A stretch of 64,000 nucleotides of DNA, from assembly GCF_009914755.1 (NCBI RefSeq), contig NC_060935.1, one strand, 5' to 3'. Position 1 is the first letter of the stretch. Each line of letters starts with the position of its first letter. A model generated the notes under the pieces. It worked only from the letters and a program-made list of their open reading frames with translations, searched no databases and was not told where the DNA came from. Source of the stretch: the human T2T-CHM13v2.0 reference genome, Homo sapiens. Positions 13,601 to 25,900 of the stretch are shown here, piece by piece. The position numbers and the translations under genes were made by a program.

Positions 13601-16600
13601 CTCAGAAACTGCTTTGTGATGTTTGTGTTCCACTTCAGCAATTGAACTTTCCTCTTGACAGAGTAGCTCTGAAACCCTCTTTTTCTAGAATCTGCAAGTG
13701 GACATTTGGAGGGCTTTGAGGCCTGTGGTGGAAAAGGAAAATCTTCACATAAAAACTAGATGGAAGCATTCTCAGAAACTACTTTGTGATGATTGCATTC
13801 GACTCACAGAGTTGAACATTCCTATAGATAGAGCAGGTTGTAAACAATCTTTTTGTAGAATCTGCGATTTGAGATTTGGACTGCTTTGAGGCCTACGGTA
13901 GTAAAGGAAATAACTTCATCTAAAAACCAAACGGAAGCATTCACAGACAATTCTTAGTGATCATTTGATTGAACTAACCGAGCTGAACATTCCTTTAGAT
14001 GGAGCAGTTTCCAAACACACTTTCTGTAGAATCTGCAAGTGGACATTTGGACCTCTCTGAGGGTTTCGTTGGAAACGGGATAAACTTCCCAGAACTACAC
14101 GGAAGCATTCTGAGAAAATTCTTTGTGATGTTTGCATTCAACTCACAGAGTTGAACCTTGCTTTCATAGTTCAGCTTTCAAACACTCTTTTTGTAGAATC
14201 TGCAAGTAGATATTTGGACCACTTTGTGGCCTTCCTTCGAAACGGGTATATGTTCACATCAAACCTAGACAGAAGCATTCTCAGAATGTTTCCTGTGATG
14301 ACTGCATTCAACTCACAGAGGTGAACAATCCTGTTGATGGAGCAGTTTTGAAACTCTCTTTCTTTGGATTCTGCATGTGGATATGTGGACCTCTGTGAAG
14401 ATTTCGTTGGAAACGGGTTCATCTTCACAGAAAAACTAAACAGGAGCATTCTCAGATACTGCTCTGTGATGTTTGTGTTCCACTTCAGGAATTGAACTTT
14501 CCTCTTGACAGAGTAGCTCTGAAACCCTCTTTTTCTAGAATCTGCAAGTGGACATTTGGAGGGCTTTGAGGCCTGTGGTGGAAAAGGAAAATCTTCACAT
14601 AAATACTAGATGGAAGCATTCTCAGAAACTACTTTGTGATGATTGCATTCGACTCACAGAGTTGAACATTCCTATAGATAGAGCAGGTTGTAAACAATCT
14701 TTTTGTAGAATCTGCGATTGGAGATTTGGACTGCTTTGAGGCCTAGTGTAGTAAAGGAAATAACTTCATCTAAAAACCAAACGGAAGCATTCACAGACAA
14801 TTCTTAGTGATCATTTGATTGAACTAACCGAGCTGAACATTCCTTTAGATGGAGCAGTTTCCAAACACACTTTCTGTAGAATCTGTAAGTGGACATTTGG
14901 ACCTCTCTGAGGGTTTCGTTGGAAACAGGATAAAATTCCCAGAACTACACGGAAGCATTCTGAGAAAATTCTTGGTGATGTTTGCATTCAACTCACAGAG
15001 TTGAACCTTGCTTTCATAGTTCAGCTTTCAAACACTCTTTTTGTAGAATCTGCAAGTGGATATTTGGACCACTTTGTGGCCTTCCTTCGAAACGGGTATA
15101 TCTTCACATCAAACCTAGACAGAAGCATTCTCAGAATGTTTCCTGTGATGACTGCATTCAACTCACAGAGGTGAACAATCCTGTTGATGGAGCAGTTTTG
15201 AAACTCTCTTTCTTTGGATTCTGCAAGTGGATATGTGGACCTCTGTGAAGATTTCGTTGGAAACGGGTTCATCTTCACAGAAAAACTAAACAGGAGCATT
15301 CTCAGAAACTGCTTTGTGATGTTTGTGTTCCACTTCAAGAATTGAACTTTCCTCTTGACAGAGCAGCTCTGAAACCCTCTTTTTCTAGAATCTGCAAGTG
15401 GACATTTGGAGGGCTTTGAGGCCTGTGGTGGAAAAGGAAAATCTTCACATAAAAACTAGATGGAAGCATTCTCAGAAACTACTTTGTGATGATTGCATTC
15501 GACTCACAGAGTTGAACATTCCTATAGATAGAGCAGGTTGTAAACAATCTTTTTGTAGAATATGCGATTGGAGATTTGGACTGCTTTGAGGCCTACTGTA
15601 GTAAAGGAAATAACTTCATTTAAAAACCAAACGGAAGCATTCACAGACAATTCTTAGTGATCATTGGATTGAACTAACAGAGCTGAACATTCCTTTAGAT
15701 GGCGCAGTTTCCAAACACACTTTCTGTAGAATCTGCAAGTGGATATTTGGACCTCTCTGAGGATTTCGTTGGAAACGGGATAAACTTCCCAGAACTACAC
15801 GGAAGCATTCTGAGAAACTTCTTTGTGATGTTTGCATTCAACTCACAGAGTTGAACCTTGCTTTCATAGTTCAGCTTTCAAACACTCTTTTTGTAGAATC
15901 TGCAAGTAGATATTTGGACCACTTTGTGGCCTTCCTTAGAAACGGGTATATCTTCACATCAAACCTAGACAGAAGCATTCTCAGAATGTTTCCTGTGATG
16001 ACTGCATTCAACTCACAGAGGTGAACAATCCTGTTGATGGAGCAGTTTTGAAACTCTCTTTCTTTGGATTCTGCATGTGGATATGTGGACCTCTGTGAAG
16101 ATTTCGTTGGAAACGGGTTCATCTTCACAGAAAAACTAAACAGGAGCATTCTCAGAAACTGCTTTGTGATGTTTGTGTTCCACTTAAGGAATTGAACTTT
16201 CCTCTTGACAGAGTAGCTCTGAAACCCTCTTTTTCTAGAATCTGCAAGTGGACATTTGGAGGGCTTTGAGGCCTGTGGTGGAAAAGGAAAATCTTCACAT
16301 AAAAACTAGATGGAAGCATTCTCAGAAACTACTTTGTGATGATTGCATTCGACTCACAGAGTTGAACATTCCTATAGATAGAGCAGGTTGTAAACAATCT
16401 TTTTGTAGAATCTGCGATTGGACATTTGGAATGATTTGAGGCCTACTGTAGTAAAGGAAATAACTTCATCTAAAAACCAAACGGAAGAATTCACAGACAA
16501 TTTTTAGTGATCATTTGATTGAACAAACCGAGCTGAACATTCCTTTAGATGGAGCAGTTTCCAAACACACTTTCTGTAGAATCTGCAAGTGGACATTTGG

Positions 16601-17272
16601 ACCTCTCTGAGGGTTTCGTTGGAAACGGGATAAACTTCCCAGAACTACACGGAAGCATTCTGAGAAACTTCTTTGTGATGTTTGCATTCAACTCACAGAG
16701 TTGAACCTTGCTTTCATAGTTCAGCTTTCAAACACTCTTTTTGTAGAATCTGCAAGTAGATATTTGGACCACTTTGTGGCCTTCCTTCGAAACGGGTATA
16801 TCTTCACATCAAACCTAGACAGAAGCATTCTCAGAATGTTTCCTGTGATGACTGCATTCAACTCACAGAGGTGAACAATCCTGTTGATGGAGCAGTTTTG
16901 AAACTCTCTTTCTTTGGATTCTGCATGTGGATATGTGGACCTCTGTGAAGATTTCGTTGGAAACGGGTTCATCTTCACAGAAAAACTAAACAGGAGCATT
17001 CTCAGAAACTGCTTTGTGATGTTTGTGTTCCACTTCAGGAATTGAACTTTCCTCTTGACAGAGTAGCTCTGAAACCCTCTTTTTCTAGAATCTGCAAGTG
17101 GACATTTGGAGGGCTTTGAGGCCTGTGGTGGAAAAGGAAAATCTTCACATAAAAACTAGATGGAAGCATTCTCAGAAACTACTTTGTGATGATTGCATTC
17201 GACTCACAGAGTTGAACATTCCTATAGATAGAGCAGGTTGTAAACAATCTTTTTGTAGAATCTGCGATTGGA

Positions 17273-20200
17273 CATTTGGAATGATTTGAGGCCTACTGTA
17301 GTAAAGGAAATAACTTCATCTAAAAACCAAACGGAAGAATTCACAGACAATTTTTAGTGATCATTTGATTGAACAAACCGAGCTGAACATTCCTTTAGAT
17401 GGAGCAGTTTCCAAACACACTTTCTGTAGAATCTGCAAGTGGACATTTGGACCTCTCTGAGGGTTTCGTTGGAAACGGGATAAACTTCCCAGAACTACAC
17501 GGAAGCATTCTGAGAAAATTCTTTGTGATGTTTGCATTCAACTCACAGAGTTGAACCTTGCTTTCACTAATTCAGCTTTCAAACACTCTTTTTGTAGAAT
17601 CTGCAAGTGGATATTTGGACCACTTTTTGGCCTTCCTTCGAAACGGGTATATCTTCACATCAAACCTAGACAGAAGCATTCTCAGAATGTTTCCTGTGAT
17701 GACTGCATTCAACTCACAGAGGTGAACAATCCTGTTGATGGAGCAGTTTTGAAACTCTCTTTCTTTGGATTCTGCAAGTGGATATGTGGACCTCTGTGAA
17801 GATTTCGTTGGAAACGGGTTCATCTTCACAGAAAAACTAAACAGGAGCATTCTCAGAAACTGCTTTGTGATGTTTGTGTTCCACTTCAAGAATTGAACTT
17901 TCCTCTTGACAGAGTAGCTCTGAAACCCTCTTTTTCTAGAATCTGCAAGTGGACATTTGGAGGGCTTTGAGGCCTGTGGTGGAAAAGGAAAATCCTCACA
18001 TAAAAACTAGATGGAAGCATTCTCAGAAACTACTTTGTGATGATTGCATTCGACTCACAGAGTTGAACATTCCTATAGATAGAGCAGGTTGTAAACAATC
18101 TTTTTGTAGAATCTGCGATTGGAGATTTGGACTGCTTTGAGGCCTACTGTAGTAAAGGAAATAACTTCATCTAAAAACCAAACGGAAGCATTCACAGACA
18201 ATTCTTAGTGATCATTGGATTGAACTAACAGAGCTGAACATTCCTTTAGATGGAGCAGTTTCCAAACACACTTTCTGTAGAATCTGCAAGTGGACATTTG
18301 GACCTCTCTGAGGGTTTCGTTGGAAACGGGATAAACTTCCCAGAACTACACGGAAGCATTGTGAGAAACTTCTTTGTGATGTTTGCATTCAACTCACAGA
18401 GTTGAACCTTGCTTTCATAGTTCAGCTTTCAAACACTCTTTTTGTAGAATCTGCAAGTGGATATTTGGACCACTTTGTGGCCTTCCTTCGAAACGGGTAT
18501 ATCTTCACATCAAACCTAGACAGAAGCATTCTCAGAATGTTTCCTGTGATGACTGCATTCAACTCACAGAGGTGAACAATCCTGCTGATGGAGCAGTTTT
18601 GAAACTCTCTTTCCTTGGATTCTGCAAGTGGATATGTGGACCTCTGTGAAGATTTCGTTGGAAACGGGTTCATCTTCACAGAAAAACTAAACAGACGCAT
18701 TCTCAGAAACTGCTTTGTGATGTTTGTGTTCCACTTCAGGAATTGAACTTTCCTCTTGACAGAGCAGCTCTGAAACCCTCTTTTTCTAGAGTCTGCATGT
18801 GGACATTTGGAGGGCTTTGAGTCCTGCGGTGGAAAAGGAAAATCTTCACATAAAAACTAGATGGAAGCATTCTCAGAAACTACTTTGTGATGATTGCATT
18901 CGACTCACAGAGTTGAACATTCCTATAGATAGAGCAGGTTGTAAAGAATCTGTTTGTAGAATCTGCGATTGGAGATTTGCACTGCTTTGAGGCCTACTGT
19001 AGTAAAGGAAATAACTTCATCTAAAAACCAAACGGAAGCATTCACAGACAATTCTTAGTGATCATTGGATTGAACTAACAGAGCTGAACATGCCTTTAGA
19101 TGGCGCAGTTTCCAAACACACTTTCTGTAGAATCTGCAAGTGGATATTTGGACCTCTCTGAGGATTTCGTTGGAAACGGGCTAAACTTCCCAGAACTACA
19201 CGGAAGCATTATGAGAAACTTCTTCGTGATGTTTGCATTCAACTCACAGAGTTGAACCTTGCTTTCATAGTTCAGCTTTCAAACCCTCTTTTTGTAGAAT
19301 CTGCAAGTGGATATTTGGACCACTTTGTGGCCTTCCTTCGAAACGGGTATATCTTCACATCAAACCTAGACAGAAGCATTCTCAGAATGTTTCCTGTGAT
19401 GACTGCATTCAACTCACAGAGGTGAACAATCCTGTTGATGGAGCAGTTTTGAAACTCTCTTTCTTTGGATTCTGCATGTGGATATGTGGACCTCTGTGAA
19501 GATTTCGTTGGAAACGGGTTCATCTTCACAGAAAAACTAAACAGGAGCATTCTCAGAAACTGCTTTGTGATGTTTGTGTTCCACGTCAGGAATTGAACTT
19601 TCCTCTTGACAGAGCAGCTCTGAAACCCTCTTTTTCTAGAATCTGCAAGTGGACATTTGGAGGGCTTTGAGTCCTGTGGTGGAAAAGGAAAATCTTCACA
19701 TAAAAACTAGATGGAAGCATTCTCAGAAACTACTTTGTGATGATTGCATTCGACTCACAGAGTTGAACATTCCTATAGATAGAGCAGGTTGTAAACAATC
19801 TTTTTTTAGAATCTGCGATTGGAGATTTGGACTGCTTTGAGGCCTACTGTAGTAAAGGAAATAACTTCATCTAAAAACCAAACGGAAGCATTCACAGCCA
19901 ATTCTTAGAGATCATTGGATTGAACTAACAGAGCTGAACATTCCTTTAGATGGAGCAGTTTCCAAACACACTTTCTGTAGAATCTGCAAGTGGATATTTG
20001 GACCTCTCTGAGGATTTCGTTGGAAACGGGATAAACTTCCCAGAACTATACGGAAGCATTCTGAGAAACTTCTTTGTGATGTTTGCATTCAACTCACAGA
20101 GTTGAACCTTGCTTTCATAGTTCAGCTTTCAAATACTCTTTTTGTAGAATCTGCAAGTGGATATTTGGACCACTTTGTGGCCTTCCTTCGAAACGGGTAT

Positions 20201-22990
20201 ATCTTCACATCAAACCTAGACAGAAGCATTCTCAGAATGTTTCCTGTGATGACTGCATTCAACTCACAGAGGTGAACAATCCTGCTGATGGAGCAGTTTT
20301 GAAACTCTCTTTCTTTGGATTCTGCAAGTGGATATGTGGACCTCTGTGAAGATTTCGTTGGAAACGGGTTCATCTTCACAGAAAACCTAAACAGGAGCAT
20401 TCTCAGAAACTGCTTTGTGATGTTTGTGTTCCACTTCAGGAATTGAACTTTCCTCTTGACAGAGCAGCTCTGAAACCCTCTTTTTCTAGAATCTGCAAGT
20501 GGACATTTGGAGGGCTTTGAGTCCTGTGGTGGAAAAGGAAAATCTTCACATAAAAACTAGATGGAAGCATTCTCAGAAACTACTTTGTGATGATTGCATT
20601 CGACTCACAGAGTTGAACATTCCTATAGATAGAGCAGGTTGTAAACAATCTTTTTGTAGAATCTGCGATTGGAGATTTGGACTGCTTTGAGGCCTACTGT
20701 AGTAAAGGAAATAACTTCATCTAAAAACCAAACGGAAGCATTCACAGCCAATTCTTAGAGATCATTGGATTGAACTAACAGAGCTGAACATTCCTTTAGA
20801 TGGAGCAGTTTCCAAACACACTTTCTGTAGAATCTGCAAGTGGATATTTGGACCTCTCTGAGGATTTCGTTGGAAACGGGATAAAATTCCCAGAACTACA
20901 CAGAAGCATTCTGAGAAACTTCTTTGTGATGTTTGCATTCAACTCACAGAGTTGAACCTTGCTTTCATAGTTCAGCTTTCAAACACTCTTTTTGTAGAAT
21001 CTGCAAGTGGATATTTGGACCACTTTGTGGCCTTCCTTCGAAACGGGTATATCTTCACATCAAACCTAGACAGAAGCATTCTCAGAATGTTTCCTGTGAT
21101 GACTGCATTCAACTCACAGAGGTGAACAATCCTGCTGATGGAGCAGTTTTGAAACTCTCTTTCTTTGGATTCTGCAAGTGGATATGTGGACCTCTGTGAA
21201 GATTTCGTTGGAAACGGGTTCATCTTCACAGAAAAACTAAACAGGAGCATTCTCAGAAACTGCTTTGTGATGTTTGTGTTCCACTTCAAGAATTGAACTT
21301 TCCTCTTGACAGAGCAGCTCTGAAACCCTCTTTTTCTAGAATCTGCAAGTGGACATTAGGAGGGCTTTGAGGCCTGTGGTGGAAAAGGAAAATCTTCACA
21401 TAAAAACTAGATGGAAGCATTCTCAGAAACTACTTTGTGATGATTGCATTCGACTCACAGAGTTGAACATTCCTATAGATAGAGCAGGTTGTAAACAATC
21501 TTTTTGTAGAATCTGCGATTGCAGGTTTGGACTGCTTTGAGGCCTACTGTAGTAAAGGAAATAACTTCATCTAAAAACCAAACGGAAGCATTCACAGACA
21601 ATTCTTAGTGATCATTGGATTGAACTAACAGAGCTGAACATTCCTTTAGATGGCGCAGATTCCAAACACACTTTCTTTAGAATCTGCAAGTGGATATTTG
21701 GACCTCTCTGAGGATTTCGTTGGAAACGGGATAAACTTCCCAGAACTACACGGAAGCATTCTGAGAAACTTCTTTGTGATGTTTGCATTCAACTCACAGA
21801 GTTGAACCTTGCTTTCATAGTTCAGCTTTCAAATACTCTTTTTGTAGAACCTGCAAGTGGATATTTGGACCACTTTGTGGCCTTCCTTCGAAACGGGTAT
21901 GTCTTCACATCAAACCTAGACAGAAGCATTCTCAGAATGTTTCCTGTGATGACTGCATTCAACTCACAGAGGTGAACAATCCTGTTGATGGAGCAGTTTT
22001 GAAACTCTCTTCCTTTGGATTCTGCAAGTGGATATGTGGACCTCTGTGAAGATTTCGTTGGAAACGGGTTCATCTTCACAGAAAAACTAAACAGGAGCAT
22101 TCTCCGAAACTTCTTTGTGATGTTTGTGTTCCACTTTAGGAATTGAACTTTCCTCTTGACAGAGCAGCTCTGAAACCCTCTTTTTCTAGAATCTGCAAGT
22201 GGACATTTGGAGGGCTTTGAGGCCTGTGGTGGAAAAGGAAAATCTTCACATAAAAACTAGATGGAAGCATTCTCAGTAACTACTTTGTGATGATTGCATT
22301 CGACTCACAGAGTTGAACATTCCTATAGATAGAGCAGGTTGTAAACAATCTTTTTGTAGAATCTGCGATTGGAGATTTGGACTGCTTTGAGGCCTACTGT
22401 AGTAAAGGAAATAACTTCATCTAAAAACCAAACGGAAGCATTCACAGACAATTCTTAGTGATCATTGGATTGAACTAACAGAGCTGAACATTCCTTTAGT
22501 TGGCGCAGTTTCCAAACTCACTTTCTGTAGAATATGCAAGTGGATATTTGGACCTCTCTGAGGATTTCGTTGGAAACTGGATAACCTTCCCAGAACTACA
22601 CGGAAGCATTCTGAGAAACTTCTTTGTGATGTTTGCATTCAACTCACAGAGTTGAACCTTGCTTTCATAGTTCAGCTTTCAAACCCTCTTTTTGTAGAAT
22701 CTGCAAGTGGATATTTGGACCACTTTGTGGCCTTCCTTCGAAACGGGTATATCTTCACATCAAACCTAGACAGAAGCATTCTCAGAATGTTTCCTGTGAT
22801 GACTGCATTCAACTCACAGAGGTGAACAATAATGTTGATGGAGCAGTTTTGAAAATCTCTTTCTTTGGATTCTGCAAGTGGATATGTGGACCTCTGTGAA
22901 GATTTCGTTGGAAACGGGTTCATCTTCACAGAAAAACTAAACAGAAGCATTCTCAGAAACTGCTTTGTGATGTTTGTGTTCCACTTCAAG
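17273..22990 (+). repeat. Copy 2 of the multi-HOR duplication (HORs 21-27), one HOR shorter than copy 1
   Basis: Same ordered variants as 1123-7690. The offset drops from 16150 to 15300 near 21850-21985. Confidence 0.88.
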
Positions 22991-25900
22991 AATTGAACTT
23001 TCCTCTTGACAGAGCAGCTCTGAAACCCTCTTTTTCTAGAATCTGCAAGTGGACATTTGGAGGGCTTTGAGGCCTGTGTGGAAAAGGAAAATCTTCACAT
23101 AAAAACTAGATGGAAGCATTCTCAGAAACTACTTTGCGATGATTGCATTCGACTCACAGAGTTGAACATTCCTATAGATAGAGCCGGTTGTAAACAATCT
23201 TTTTGTAGAATCTGCGATTGGAGATTTGGACTGCTTTGAGGCCTACTGTAGTAAAGGAAATAACTTCATCTAAAAACCAAACGGAAGCATTCACAGACAA
23301 TTCTTAGTGATCATTGGATTGAACTAACAGAGCTGAACATTCCTTTAGATGGAGCAGTTTCCAAACACACTTTCTGTAGAATCTGCAAGTGGATATTTGG
23401 ACCTCTCTGAGGATTTCGTTGGAAACGGGCTAAACTTCCCAGAACTACACGGAAGCATTCTGAGAAACTTCTTTGTGATATTTGCATTCAACTCACAGAG
23501 TTAAACCTTGCTTTCATAGTTCAGCTTTCAAACACTCTTTTTGTAGAATCTGCAAGTGGATATTGGGACCACTTTGTGGCCTTCCTTCAAAACGGGTATA
23601 TCTTCACATCAAACCTAGACAGAAGCATTCTCAGAATGTTTCCTGTGATGACTGCATTCAACTCACAGAGGTGAACAATCCTGCTGATGGAGCAGTTTTG
23701 AAACTCTCTTTCTTTGGATTCTGCAAGTGGATATGTGGACCTCTGTGAAGATTTCGTTGGAAACGGGTTCATCTTCACAGAAAAACTAAACAGGAGCATT
23801 CTCAGAAACTGCTTTGTGATGTTTGTGTTCCACTTCAAGAATTGAACTTTCCTCTTGACAGAGCAGCTCTGAAACCCTCTTTTTCTAGAATCTGCAAGTG
23901 GACATTTGGAGGGCTTTGAGGCCTGTGGTGGAAAAGGAAACTCTTCACATAAAAACTAGATGGAAGCATTCTCAGAAACTACTTTGCGATGATTGCATTC
24001 GACTCACAGAGTTGAACATTCCTATAGATAGAGCAGGTTGTAAACAATCTTTTTGTAGAATCTGCGATTGGAGATTTGGACTGCTTTGAGGCCTACTGTA
24101 GTAAAGGAAATAACTTCATCTAAAAACCAAACGGAAGCATTCACAGACAGTTCTTAGTGATCATTGGATAGAACTAACAGAGCTGAACATTCCTTTAGAT
24201 GGAGCAGTTTCCAAACACACTTTCTGTAGAATCTGCAAGTGGATATTTGGACCTCTCTGAGGATTTCGTTGGAAACGGGATAAACTTCCCAGAACTACAC
24301 GAAAGTATTCTGAGAAACTTCTTTGTGATGTTTGCATTCAACTCACAGAGTTGAACCTTGCTTTCATAGTTCAGCTTTCAAACACTCTTTTTGTAGAATC
24401 TGCAAGTGGATATTTGGACCACTTTGTGGCCTTCCTTCGAAACGGGTATATCTTCACATCAAACCTACACAGAAGCATTCTCAGAATGTTTCCTGTGATG
24501 ACTGCATTCAACTCACAGAGGTGAACAATCCTGCTGATGGAGCAGTTTTGAAACTCTCTTTCTTTGGATTCTGCAAGTGGATATGTGGACCTCTGTGAAG
24601 ATTTCATTGGAAACGGGTTTATCTTCACAGAAAAACTAAACAGAAGCATTCTCAGAAACTGCTTTGTGATGTTTGTGTTCCACTTCAAGAATTGAACTTT
24701 CCTCTTGACAGAGCAGCTCTGAAACCCTCTTTTTCTAGAATCTGCAAGTGGACATTTGGAGGGCTTTGAGGCCTGTGTGGAAAAGGAAAATCTTCACATA
24801 AAAACTAGATGGAAGCATTCTCAGAAACTACTTTGCGATGATTGCATTCGACTCACAGAGTTGAACATTCCTATAGATAGAGCAGGTTGTAAACAATCTT
24901 TTTGTAGAATCTGCGATTGGAGATTTGGACTGCTTTGAGGCCTACTGTAGTAAAGGAAATAACTACATCTAAAAACCAAACGGAAGCATTCACAGACAAT
25001 TCTTAGTGATCATTGGATTGAACTAACAGAGCTGAACATTCCTTTAGATGGAGCAGTTTCCAAACACACTTTCTGTAGAATCTGCAAGTGGATATTTGGA
25101 CCTCTCTGAGGATTTCGTTGGAAACGGGATAAACTTCCCAGAACTACACGGAAGCATTCTGAGAAACTTCTTTGTGATGTTTGCATTCAACTCACAGAGT
25201 TGAACCTTGCTTTCATAGTTCAGCTTTCAAACACTCTTTTTGTAGAATCTGCAAGTGGATATTTGGACCACTTTGTGGCCTTCCTTCGAAACGGGTATAT
25301 CTTCACATCAAACCTAGACAGAAGCATTCTCAGAATGTTTCCTGTGATGACTGCATTCATCTCACAGAGGTGAACAATCCTGCTGATGGAGCAGTTTTGA
25401 AACTCTCTTTCTTTGGATTGTGCAATTGGATATGTGGACCTCTGTGAAGATTTCGTTGGAAACGGGTTCATCTTCACAGAAAAACTAAACAGGAGCATTC
25501 TCAGAAACTGCTTTGTGATGTTTGTGTTCCACTTCAGGAATTGAACTTTCCTCTTGACAGAGCAGCTCTGAAACCCTCTTTTTCTAGAATCTGCAAGTGG
25601 ACATTTGGAGGGCTTTGAGGCCTGTGGTGGAAAAGGAAAATCTTCACATAAAAATTAGATGGAAGCATTCTCAGAAACTACTTTGTGATGATTGCATTCG
25701 ACTCACAGAGTTGAACATTCCTATAGATAGAGCAGGTTGTAAACAATCTTTTTGTAGAATCTGCGATTGGAGATTTGGACTGCTTTGAGGCCTACTGTAG
25801 TAAAGGAAATAACTTCATCTAAAAACCAAACGGAAGCATTCACAGACAATTCTTAGTGATCATTGGATTGAACTAACAGAGCTGAACATTCCTTTAGATG

